This document shows positions 30,901-40,627 of a stretch of 64,000 nucleotides of DNA, one piece after another. A program made the position numbers and the translations under genes. The number at the start of each line of letters is the position of its first letter. Position 1 is the stretch's first letter. A model generated the notes under the pieces. The model had not been told where the DNA came from. It saw only the letters and a program-made list of their open reading frames with translations, and made no database searches. The DNA comes from a virus (taxonomy: Duplodnaviria; Caudoviricetes), in IMG/VR virus record IMGVR_UViG_3300021431_000089, positions 47,103 to 111,102 of that record; one strand, given 5' to 3'.

Positions 30901-33452
30901 CAACATGATCGCCAGAAATACTTTTTTCATTCTTTTTTCCTCTTTCCCTCAGAACAGTACGCAACTGGGCAATATATGTTAGATCCGTTCCCAAGGTTCC
31001 GCACCATCGTGTGCGTACAGCTGTGGTCATATTCACACTCACTGCACGGAACCAGTTCGAAGCTGTAACACATCTCTCTTTTGAATCTAGGAACCTGGTC
31101 TTCTGAAACTTTAACTGCGAAGTAGTGTAGATCACTCATTCTTCTTTCCTCTCTGCCCTATAGACTGTGTCTGTTGATGATGTAGCGTATGTCGGTATAA
31201 GCCTTGGGCATTTATCGCACTCCCCATCGCAGTACACATAGTCATTGCCACAAACTCTTACTTCACTCATTCTTCTTTCCTCTCTGACCAGTCGATTTTC
31301 TGACCGCAATGTGGACAATAATCATGCTGTTCACCTTCGATTTCATACGTCGCTCCGCATGATGGACATTCCCATGTATCGTAGACCAGAGACCCGTCTG
31401 CATAGCCATCTCCCCATACGTCCGGTATAATCGGAACTTGCTTTTTAAGGGCTTTGACCGCCTCATAAAGTGCTTCAGACGTATTGCCGAAGTGAGTACC
31501 ACCGTCAGCCATTACTATTTCAATCGCTTCTTTTGGTGTCATCTCTCTCTCCTTTTTGCGTTTCCGCAATACCAATTATCTGAAGGCATCCAGCTATAAA
31601 ACGGGTCATCGCACTGACACGGGCATACACCATCCGGGAATCGAAGGTTGAGCCTCCCTATCTCGTTTTCATATATTATGGCTGGTCTGTGCTCGCAATC
31701 TTTGCATCGGATCAGTTCCCGCAGATATCCCTGTGATTCCGCAGACACCTTTGTTTCGTTATCAAGGAAATCGTCGTTAATAATGTATTCAACCCTTGTC
31801 ATTCTTCTTTCCTCTCAGCCCACCAAATAAGCAATTCGTTGATTGCATCTTCCACTTCCTCGTAATAACGGATGCGCTCTTCGCTATTACTCTTGTCTTC
31901 AATTACCTTGTGTCGCTCATTTAACACAGCTTTAATCCAGTTGATAGGGATCGCATCGGCTTTCAATGCTCCGATAGCCACATCTAAGGCTTCCAGATAT
32001 GCTTTGCTGTATTGATATATTGAATCGTCTAAGATTTTGACCTCTTCAAGAATTTCGATAGCTTCGGACTTGTTCATTCTTCTTTCCACATTTTCTGAAT
32101 CGGGTACTAGCTCCTTAATTTGCGTCTGCATATCTGCTAGTTTTTTCAAATAATTTTCGTCTGTCATTCTTCTCTCCGCTCCGCTTTGGCAGATGTCGAT
32201 GATGCTGTCAAGCAATGCATTTGACGGCTCCCAATTCATGTACTTGCGATGACAGTCATCACATCCAATGGGGCCGTACTCATCTCTTGGGGCATCCGGT
32301 TCATTGTGTTTGCAGTTATAGCAGTAGATTCCGCACAGCTCCCACTGTAGTTTCTTTTTAATTTCTTCTCTGTCCATTATCGTTTACCATCCATTTTTGA
32401 CCCGCACCATGGACAATATGGCGTGACATTACCCCACGAATGTCCGCATTCGGAGCACTTCCGCATCATGTAGACAAACTCAGGAAACCCGACCTGCGAA
32501 TGAGGATCTTTCAACCATCTTCCGTGTCTGACAGGCTCCGCGTCAACAACGGGTTGATCGAGAGCAATGTTGAGCGCCTGATCGATTGTGTATAATTCAG
32601 CGAGCCTATGGTCATCGTCGACCGTCTCTCGATATTCTTTTAGATCCGCTAAGAACAGGTCTTGGTCAATTAAGTTTTTCATTCTGGTTCACCGTCCATC
32701 TTCGATCCGCACCAAGGGCAGTAGTCAGTTAGAAACTCATTTCCTTCTGCTTCCAGCGCATCAGCGCCACAAACTGAGCACTTCATGGCGATCACATAAG
32801 AAGGCTTACCGGCGAGCGTTCCCATTCTCGGAACCCATTTACCGTGTCTGACAGGCCCCGCATCAACTGTCGGCGCGTTTTTAAACCCGTCCAAACTTGT
32901 TCCATCCAGTTCTGACACAACCTGTTCAAGTACTTCTGCTACTGTGATATGTTCACCAAGTTCTAAATCCCTGTACTTGTGCTCGCTTATTGCATTTTTG
33001 ATAAATGTGGCAAACGCATCTGCATTAATCAATCTGGTCATCTTCATCAGCCTTATAGGGCTTTGGACACTTTGCCCACGCTGTAGCGATGCCGCCCCAC
33101 AAATCACCATCATCGTTCCACAAATGTTCATAAGCGTTCCACCTCAGCACGCACACTTCCGATTCATTCTCTGCCCATTTAATTGTCACGAGATAACGGT
33201 CGCTTTTCTCTGGCAAGTTTTTCTTGCATGGAATCCATTCAACATTATTCATTTGCATTACTCCTTCTCGATCACGAATATAGCTATTAAGATGACCGCA
33301 ACGGTGACCACGACGTCGACCATAGTTGGAAGTAAGACAAGCCACCACGACCAGTCAATGACATTACAGAGCTTCAGGCCGATAAGCAGAACCTGTAAAG
33401 CCCCACAAAATCCAATACCCGTTGAGGTATATGAAACTTTTTCTTTCTTCAT
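27994..33452 (-). other. Array of about 20 small coupled hypothetical ORFs, including a lipoprotein (30526-30930), several Zn-ribbon proteins and a DUF551-like ORF (33025-33258)
   Basis: Continuous ATGA/TAATG coupling; CxxC pairs; VDAEPVRHG.W paralogs (32377-32682, 32679-33041); lipobox MAGC at 30526-30930. Confidence 0.6.
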
Positions 33453-34432
33453 CTCACCCTTCTCCTTCCCTTATAAAGTTCTCGGAAAACATCAAGACCT
33501 TTATCGACCGGGGCATCTTTAGCACCCAACAGATCACCAGTGTCATAGATATAACTGACATTTACGTATTGTTTGAGCTGGTAGATCCGGTCAATCGTCC
33601 ATGGTTGTACGTCTTTATCGAGGGCGAACACAACATTGGCTCCAGCTCTTGCAAGGATCTTCATTTGATTTTCTGAGAAGTGTGATGTGAGTATCGCGCC
33701 AGTGTTGTGAATTCCCCATGTATCTGCCATTAACACACTTTTACATCCCTCGAAGAGGATAACTTCATGCTTTTCATTTATTTTCGGCAGATTCTCATAC
33801 ATGCCGTAAATCGTGTTAATCTGTCCCCATGGATAGAAGTACGTATACTTACGAAGCCCCTTCTCCTTGAAGTGCGGATCAAGCGTCCTGCCGCCAATGT
33901 TTACAATCTTTCCCTGCATATTACGTATCGGATAAACCAAGCGATTGGAGAAGGGATCATATCTAACTTGGAATTTATTAAGGGACTCCATGCTGATTCC
34001 CTCTCTCTCCCAGACAGCCAGTTTATCTTCGCGAATCTCATACTTATCCATGCAGTCCTCTCCGAGTATTACCCCGGCTGATGCTTTTCCCTCGTGCTTT
34101 TTTGGCTTAAACTTTTTTAAGATAGATGTTGTTGCGAGTTTCTTGCCGCCGATCACAACCGTGCCGGAGTATCCGGCATATTCCTTGATGATGTTTACGG
34201 CCTCTGTATTTGAACAGTTGAAGTAACGTTTTACGAAATGGAAGATGTTCCCACCTTGTCCAGATGAGAAGTCATACCACTGGTTAATCTCGCGCCTTAC
34301 CGAGAATGAAGGGGTTTTCTCGTCCTTAAACGGAGAAAGCCCCCAGTATTCGTCATTCTTCGGAAAGAGCTCAACGTACTGGCCGATAAACTCGACGATG
34401 TCGATTTGCTGAATCAGTTCTTCCAGTTCCAT
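33449..34432 (-). CDS. dnaG: DNA primase (DnaG-type) with degenerate CHC2 Zn-finger
   Basis: PF.DEKTPSF N-domain; R.VYPI.N..G.IV..GGR; KY; TOPRIM FEG and LDKD. Confidence 0.85.
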   Translation of the reverse strand: MELEELIQQIDIVEFIGQYVELFPKNDEYWGLSPFKDEKTPSFSVRREINQWYDFSSGQGGNIFHFVKRYFNCSNTEAVNIIKEYAGYSGTVVIGGKKLATTSILKKFKPKKHEGKASAGVILGEDCMDKYEIREDKLAVWEREGISMESLNKFQVRYDPFSNRLVYPIRNMQGKIVNIGGRTLDPHFKEKGLRKYTYFYPWGQINTIYGMYENLPKINEKHEVILFEGCKSVLMADTWGIHNTGAILTSHFSENQMKILARAGANVVFALDKDVQPWTIDRIYQLKQYVNVSYIYDTGDLLGAKDAPVDKGLDVFRELYKGRRRVR

Positions 34433-34447
34433 ATCGCTCTTCCTTTA

Positions 34448-35785
34448 TTAATATGGTGTCACCGGTATGTGTTGCTTTGCTTCTGTCAACATGCAAGTGT
34501 TTCCCTCAAACTCGATATCGATCCACTCCCCGGAAACATGCTGCATACCGTTTCTGTTGTGTGAGACAATGAGTTTTTTGTTGCCACATTCGATACCATC
34601 TGCCTCGATCTCTTCATCGGTTTTATCAGTTAGCAACAAGATGGAGCTTGCGTTTCTATATATCTTTGCGCTATCCGCAAGTTTCCCGTAATTGTTTAAC
34701 TGCGCTGCGGCGAGTGCGGCGATACCCATCGCACCGGCAATGTCATTTTTTACCATGTCAGTCAGCTTTCCCAACTCTGCATAGGTAGCAAACGCATCCG
34801 AGTCACCGCTCGACTTAAGGTAGTCGACAATGAGGATGTCGAGACCGTCGAACTTATGTGAAATCTTTTGAACGGCCGTATAGATCGCATCCTGACTGAA
34901 TAGTGGCATGTACAGGTGTACAAATTTCTGCTCTTTAACCCAGTTCAATGCAGACTGAATGCGCTCGTTTTCCTCTGCTGTGTAGTTACCACTTCTCACC
35001 CTTCTGAATTCAATCCCTGTAAGATGTGAGACGAGTCTGCACAGGAACAACCTACTGGACAGTTCGCTGTCGATGTACATCACCGACTTACCCCTCTTCA
35101 TAAGGTCGACAGCTTCGTTCAACATGAACATTGACTTCGCGCCCTTTGCCGGTGCACCGAGAACCACAAGCTCCCCGGGTTCGATGGTCACATACTCGTT
35201 CAATGTCGGGAACTTGAAAGGCGTACCTGCAAATTTACCATCCTGATGAGCTTCAATTTCCAGCCATAAGTCGTCGATAACTTCTCCGAAAACGGGGGTG
35301 TCATCGATTACCGAGTAAGCCGTCATAGTCTCATCGATGATGCTATAAATCTTCTGTTGCACCCCTTCGACACTTCTGTCGTAGCAGAGCCCCTGACACT
35401 CCTGAAGCTTTCTGAAAACCTCCTGGCGGAACGCCGCATCAAGTACGTTGGAAACCAATAGCTTGTATTCTTCTACCGTATTTCTGCACAGGACATCGCT
35501 CATGTCGAATAATTCCTGTAGCTTTTCTACGGAAAGCCCATCCGCAAGCTTCCTTGTCGCCTCCGAAGAATTCAGATCCTCGATGATGTTGTACGGGTCA
35601 ATGTGTTTGATGTCCCGCTTTACCAGATCGCAGATGGCAGTGTAGATGAGCCGATTTTCCTTATTCGTGAAATGGTTCGGCAGTAAGAATTCAGAATAAT
35701 AGATCAGCTCAGGATTATGTATAAGCGATGCTATAATACCTGCTTCGCTCTCAATGCTGTTAATATCATCAGCCCTCATCATCAT
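34448..35785 (-). CDS. dnaB: Replicative DNA helicase, DnaB-like
   Basis: DnaB N-domain (ESEAGIIASL); PGELVVLGA...KS; IVDYL; AAQLN; NRNG. Confidence 0.85.
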   Translation of the reverse strand: MMMRADDINSIESEAGIIASLIHNPELIYYSEFLLPNHFTNKENRLIYTAICDLVKRDIKHIDPYNIIEDLNSSEATRKLADGLSVEKLQELFDMSDVLCRNTVEEYKLLVSNVLDAAFRQEVFRKLQECQGLCYDRSVEGVQQKIYSIIDETMTAYSVIDDTPVFGEVIDDLWLEIEAHQDGKFAGTPFKFPTLNEYVTIEPGELVVLGAPAKGAKSMFMLNEAVDLMKRGKSVMYIDSELSSRLFLCRLVSHLTGIEFRRVRSGNYTAEENERIQSALNWVKEQKFVHLYMPLFSQDAIYTAVQKISHKFDGLDILIVDYLKSSGDSDAFATYAELGKLTDMVKNDIAGAMGIAALAAAQLNNYGKLADSAKIYRNASSILLLTDKTDEEIEADGIECGNKKLIVSHNRNGMQHVSGEWIDIEFEGNTCMLTEAKQHIPVTPY

Positions 35786-36569
35786 CGCCCCTACCTACAT
35801 AGCAACATTCGTCTTGGTATTCGCAGAGGTACCTGCAGAAGAAGTAGTCAAGGCTCGGATAATACTCATTCGCCAGAACGATCTTCTCAATGGTCTTATG
35901 AGCCCACTCCATCGCTTCATCGAAGCGCTCCTTCTTGAACGGCTCTTCGATGAACACCCCCGTCTTGAAGCAGTTGAAGCACAGTGCCTTCGGGTATTTC
36001 CCATATTCTTCGAATACCGCCGCAGAGTACAGGTACAACTGTCTCAGCATCTCATCAAGCTCGACATCTTTCTGTGTTGGCTTCTTGCGTTTGCTTCTCG
36101 GTTTCAGATCACGGGACTTATTGTCGACGACGTATAACTCTCCGTCTTTTTCTCCGAGCAGGTCGATAAACCCTACAAATTGACGCTCACCGATCTTGAA
36201 GCTGACTTTCTTCTCCACCCCCAGAATGTTGAATGGCAGCGGTTCGAACGATTTGAAGTAATCGTAGCCAGCTTGAATGTATTTCTGGGCAATTCCGCCC
36301 GGTGGGCGTTCGCCACGCACCATATCCCCGAACTGAGCCAGGAACAGCGACGGAAGTTCCTCTTTGGAATAAATTCCCTTATAGAACCCCTCGAGCAGTG
36401 CATGCACGAACGACCCGTAAGAGCTGCAGAACATAGGCTTCGAGTTCACACCGAGCGGATCGTCAATATATCGCAGGAACCATTTGTATCTACAGGTGTT
36501 AAAGCAATCAACTCTCGAATAGCTCCATATCATTTTCTCAATCAGAGACCTGTACTTATTTTCTGACAT
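35769..36569 (-). CDS. PD-(D/E)XK nuclease (RecB/Cas4-like, 4 Cys)
   Basis: WSYSR..F..C.Y, GSFVH..LE, GFIDL, VDNKS, QL.LY, C..LC.Y...C. Confidence 0.85.
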   Translation of the reverse strand: MSENKYRSLIEKMIWSYSRVDCFNTCRYKWFLRYIDDPLGVNSKPMFCSSYGSFVHALLEGFYKGIYSKEELPSLFLAQFGDMVRGERPPGGIAQKYIQAGYDYFKSFEPLPFNILGVEKKVSFKIGERQFVGFIDLLGEKDGELYVVDNKSRDLKPRSKRKKPTQKDVELDEMLRQLYLYSAAVFEEYGKYPKALCFNCFKTGVFIEEPFKKERFDEAMEWAHKTIEKIVLANEYYPSLDYFFCRYLCEYQDECCYVGRGDDDEG

Positions 36570-36584
36570 GTAGCTACCCTCTTA

Positions 36585-36971
36585 TCAGAACGGAAGATTA
36601 GAATCGTCGATTTCCAGATCCGGTTCGTTCTTCGTCTCTACGCTTGTTTCACTCTTGTTTTCGGACTTGCCGCCATTGAACTCGTCCTCTGTTTCGAAGG
36701 AGAAGATCTTGAAGTTCGTGTACAGAACCTTCTTTTCCTTGTCATATTTTGTTGACACATCAACATCTCCAAGCTTGATGCGGTCTTTGTCTGTCAGTCT
36801 TGCCGCCTTCGATGCCGCTGACGTGCCGATGAATGCTACGAATGAACTGAACTCCTGTTCGTACTCTCCGTCTCTGTTCTTGCGGCTGATCGAAAGCTGT
36901 GCCTTTGTCAGTGTCGGTGAAATCGACTCCACCTTCCATACAGATCCATATGCTCCATGTCTAAAGCCCAT
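36585..36971 (-). CDS. Single-stranded DNA-binding protein
   Basis: OB-fold-sized protein with acidic tail ending DDSNLPF. Confidence 0.75.
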   Translation of the reverse strand: MGFRHGAYGSVWKVESISPTLTKAQLSISRKNRDGEYEQEFSSFVAFIGTSAASKAARLTDKDRIKLGDVDVSTKYDKEKKVLYTNFKIFSFETEDEFNGGKSENKSETSVETKNEPDLEIDDSNLPF

Positions 36972-36973
36972 GA

Positions 36974-37735
36974 TTATTTGCCCTCCTGTTTGACTTCTTC
37001 TGCTTTTTTAGGTTCCTCTGTTTCCTCTTTCGCTTTCGCTAAGAATGTCTCGTTGAATTCTTTGAGGAGTTTGCCCGCTGTATTCGAGTCTTTAATTTTC
37101 TTGTAGTTGGAACCCTTGACATACCTTCCAATGAAGTCCTTGACGATATCTCCACTGTCCGGATTGTTCTCGAGATAGCCCCTCACTGCTGTGTCGATTT
37201 CCCCAATCATAGTTTCAACAAGCGCCTTCTCTTCCTGCTCTTCAGCTTCCTTCTGCTTACTGCGGTAAGCATCGACGTCGTTGTCCGGTGTTGCAATCTG
37301 GAAGTATTCAATTAAGAAATACCTCGTGCAGTATGTAAGTGCGGAACCCATTGCCTGTGATGGATCGGACTGCGATCCTACAAGATGCCACGGCACAACG
37401 ATGGACTCATCGAGATTTTCATCGTTAATCCATTTGAATAGCATCTGCGCATTGACCATCGTTTCGGTCGAGACCTCGGTGAACGGTGTACCGTCTTTAG
37501 CCTTTTTAGTTTTCTCATTCCTCACCGTCTCTACAACGAATGTCCCAGGGACGATCTCAGGAATCAGACTGACACGATACTTCTTCATTCCGGCTGTGAC
37601 TTTTGCCAAGATCTCAGTGATATCTGCATACTTGTAACCGTAACCGCTTTTGGATCTGGCCACGGCGTCAGACATCTCACGGATCTTAGCGAGCTTTTGA
37701 ACCAAGTTGAGCTTAACTTCTTCAATCTCTTCCAT
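36974..37735 (-). CDS. ERF-family ssDNA-annealing protein
   Basis: GYKYA...I; SQAMGSALTYC.RYFL...F.IAT..D.D. Confidence 0.85.
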   Translation of the reverse strand: MEEIEEVKLNLVQKLAKIREMSDAVARSKSGYGYKYADITEILAKVTAGMKKYRVSLIPEIVPGTFVVETVRNEKTKKAKDGTPFTEVSTETMVNAQMLFKWINDENLDESIVVPWHLVGSQSDPSQAMGSALTYCTRYFLIEYFQIATPDNDVDAYRSKQKEAEEQEEKALVETMIGEIDTAVRGYLENNPDSGDIVKDFIGRYVKGSNYKKIKDSNTAGKLLKEFNETFLAKAKEETEEPKKAEEVKQEGK

Positions 37736-37763
37736 GATCTTTACTAACCTCCTATTCTCTGCT

Positions 37764-37810
37764 TGGTGGTGGAGAATGACAGAGTCGAACTGTCGTTTCC
37801 CTTTTCTCCA
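37764..37810 (-). ncRNA. Mini-tRNA-like element (acceptor stem + T-arm + CCA; no D or anticodon arm)
   Basis: GGAGAAA-AGGGAAAC-GACAG-TTCGACT-CTGTC-ATTCTCC-A-CCACCA. Confidence 0.6.
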
Positions 37811-37811
37811 T

Positions 37812-37831
37812 GTTCACGTTTTCATTGGTTG
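37812..37831 (-). promoter_or_regulatory. Repeated intergenic motif (copy 2)
   Basis: 17/20 identical to 24672-24691. Confidence 0.45.
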
Positions 37832-37867
37832 GTAATTAAAGTCTAGCAGTTATTTTTGGTATGTAAA

Positions 37868-37890
37868 GAAAAACCTGCGTTTCCGCAGGT
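37868..37890 (-). terminator. Rho-independent terminator after the repressor-like gene
   Basis: ACCTGCG-gaaa-CGCAGGT followed by TTTTC on - strand. Confidence 0.7.
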
Positions 37891-37894
37891 AAGT

Positions 37895-38893
37895 TTAATC
37901 ATTCACAAGATCGAATGCGATTTTCCATTTCCGGTAGTCGTTCCTCATGTTCAGCGACCACTTATAAACCCTATCTTTCTTAGATTTTTCACTAGAGGTT
38001 TGCCAATTTTTTGTTCTTTCTAAATCGCGTTTTGCCTGCACAACAAAGCGGGGTTCAATACCCGTCTCGGTCTCTTCCAAGTATGCCTCGTAAAAAATAC
38101 CAGACATATGAACCTTCTTGTAGGACAATGGTATGACATCGGGGTTATGCTTGGCCGCTTCTGACAGCAGCATCGCGAAATTATTATAAAGTGATTTAAA
38201 TGTTGGGTTGGCTTCACCTCGTAGTAGAAGATCCCCTTCGATTCTTGGGAGTTGTACTACAATTTTTCTGGGCGTCTTTTTAGCCGACATTTCTTTCATC
38301 GATAACAAATCCTTAAAATCTTGAATGGATAGATAATAAATAGGATACATGTCGTCACCGAAAACGATCATCCTGTGTTTTAGATCCACATTTTCATCTT
38401 TGATTTTTACGATATCCTCCTGAGACAAACCTGCATACATAAGCCAAGCAAAAACCCGTCTGATTTTATTCAGACCCATAAAGGTAGGAGGTGTATCGTT
38501 GAAGACGTCAACAGCATCGAGGATTTTTTTGAGATGTTGTGGATCTTTAATTAAACTTTTTGAAATATTGCCAGAGGCATCAACCTTGCTTTGACTTGTT
38601 CGAGGCATTAAAAAAAGCGATGTGTTTGGATGTAACTCATCATGGCCACTGTCATATACCCACCTAACATATCGCCTGTAGTTTGAAGCCTTAGTCTGGA
38701 GTGAGTGGGTTGAAGAACCACCCAACTCATTGACAACTTTTTGAAACTCTTCGGTGGTAAATTCACAGAGGTCTTTGTGGAACAGCTCTTCATAGGCAGA
38801 CACACGTCCGAGTTCCCTTTCATATCCTTCGAGGGTTCTTCCGCTGGCATCTATCTCCTTTAAAAACTGCCTTTTAATTTCGTCATTATACAT
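37895..38893 (-). CDS. SPbeta MrpR(YopR)-like lytic-cycle repressor (tyrosine-recombinase fold lacking catalytic residues)
   Basis: MYN.EIK..FL...EE..HKDL..FT..E N-terminus; Y..Y..W; L...GL; L....V..SG..Y.AY, matching MrpR architecture as recalled; no HxxR. Confidence 0.6.
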   Translation of the reverse strand: MYNDEIKRQFLKEIDASGRTLEGYERELGRVSAYEELFHKDLCEFTTEEFQKVVNELGGSSTHSLQTKASNYRRYVRWVYDSGHDELHPNTSLFLMPRTSQSKVDASGNISKSLIKDPQHLKKILDAVDVFNDTPPTFMGLNKIRRVFAWLMYAGLSQEDIVKIKDENVDLKHRMIVFGDDMYPIYYLSIQDFKDLLSMKEMSAKKTPRKIVVQLPRIEGDLLLRGEANPTFKSLYNNFAMLLSEAAKHNPDVIPLSYKKVHMSGIFYEAYLEETETGIEPRFVVQAKRDLERTKNWQTSSEKSKKDRVYKWSLNMRNDYRKWKIAFDLVND

Positions 38894-38930
38894 ATTTCTT
38901 TACCTCATTTCTTAATATGTACAACGAAAA

Positions 38931-39356
38931 TCAATTCGCGTCAAGCGACAAAGCCCTTTTCCTCAAATTTAACAATTGTTCCTCCGACAGTTTTGAGAGT
39001 GCTCCGGTTGCCAATAAGTACGCGGTTGATACCTCCGCCAGTTGCTGCGGTTGTAATGTTGTGATATATCTGGTAAACCTTTCTTTCGATACGCACACAG
39101 GATTTTCACATAAAACCATACTGTCGTACGCAAGACCAGAAGTTGACGCGTTAACGACAACGTGTGTTGGTTGATCCAGATGTTTGAGGGATGTGGTAAG
39201 CGGAAGAACGATAACATTTGGGCTATATCGATTGCCCTTGTTATTCGAAATAACCAAGCCAGGTCTTACACCCGATTGTTCTCTTCCAACACCATCGAAC
39301 TTTAATAAGTAAATATCGCCAAGACGCGGTGATTGACTATGGTGATTAGCACACGT
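38931..39356 (-). CDS. MazF/PemK-family endoribonuclease; start codon non-canonical (ACG at 39356?)
   Basis: PRLGDIYLLKFDGVGREQSGVRPGLVISNN.GN.YSP.VIVLPLTT; frame is open to 39362 with no ATG/GTG/TTG upstream of the conserved N-terminal motif. Confidence 0.8.
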   Translation of the reverse strand, partial: TCANHHSQSPRLGDIYLLKFDGVGREQSGVRPGLVISNNKGNRYSPNVIVLPLTTSLKHLDQPTHVVVNASTSGLAYDSMVLCENPVCVSKERFTRYITTLQPQQLAEVSTAYLLATGALSKLSEEQLLNLRKRALSLDAN

Positions 39357-39370
39357 CTTTGGTCAGATCC

Positions 39371-40618
39371 TTACGGAACTGGCACCCAGATAATTTTTTC
39401 TTCATATTTTCCTCCTTGATAATCATCTTTACAGGTAATAGTAAAATGGACGGCACCATTTTCGCCGTCAACCTTTTGGATATGTATAACCCCGCTGAGC
39501 ACAAGTGCTGCAACGGGGTTGGTAAATGCAATAGACCTGCTATTGCCACTAATGCGAACCTTGTTAAATTTTACTGATCCCTTTGATCGATATGCTCTGC
39601 ACGGTCTATGATCGTGGACGCTTAAATCGCATATATACACGCCGTTTTTATGGTTTTGTACAAAAATATTAAGCTCTGCTAAATTCATTTATACTCCTTC
39701 AAGTTAGACGGTTATTGCACCGCCTCTTCAAGAGCATCTCTCGCATCCTCAATACTTGAAATTGCATCTTCAAGCTGTTCAACCGCATTTTCCATTTTCT
39801 CATAACGATCCGAACCTTCAAGGTTTTCCGGCATATTATTAAGGCACTCTTTCTCGTCGTCATATGAACACTCTACGATATTTAAAACCGTTTCCAAAAT
39901 GGAAACGGCCCTTCTAAGTACAGTTCTTCTCCTATCGTTCATTATTCATCCTCGATATCATAAACACCATCAAACACCAGCGTTACCATTCCACCGCCAC
40001 TGTTGCCGTCGCAATAGTCAACACAAAAACGCTTAGTGGCAGGTAAAACACATTCAAAAAATGGAGTGCCTGGCAGAAACTCAATATAATGATAACGAAA
40101 TCTTATCGTTGTTTCATTGTTTTCGGCACAGTTTTTAATATTCAGTGATCTAATGTCGGTATTTTCATACATTTTTTTCAATATTTCGATAATTTCATTC
40201 ATCAATTCTTACTCCGATCTCTAACCTTTTTTAACATATCAAAAAAGGTCAAGCTCACTTCCACGTTTCCGTCCAGATAAGTTTCCAATTCAAGACTGTC
40301 CGCGGATAGTACAGCATTTTTGAAAAGAAGATGGTTTTTTGGTTCAATATGCCTGCCTAAAATCGAAATTGTACCAATCAGCCCGCCCCTTCCGAGGCTT
40401 GATTTCACATTGCAATCGCATCCAGTAAACGCCTCTGAAACAATCTTAGTGGCATACTCAAACAACTCGTATCGTTTCTCGTCTTGTTCGTATTCACTGA
40501 GATCGATGTAACCAGAAGATTTATACAACTCGTATAATACCTTTATGAAGGCATTATCTTCTTCCTCTCTACGTCTCTCATCAATTTCTAGCAAATCAAT
40601 CTTATACTCTTTACTCAT
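39371..40618 (-). other. Four hypothetical ORFs (39371-39688, 39712-39942, 39942-40205, 40202-40618)
   Basis: Coupled ORFs; 39712-39942 carries the NMPENL.GS.RY motif seen in phage proteins. Confidence 0.6.
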
Positions 40619-40627
40619 GTTTTACAT

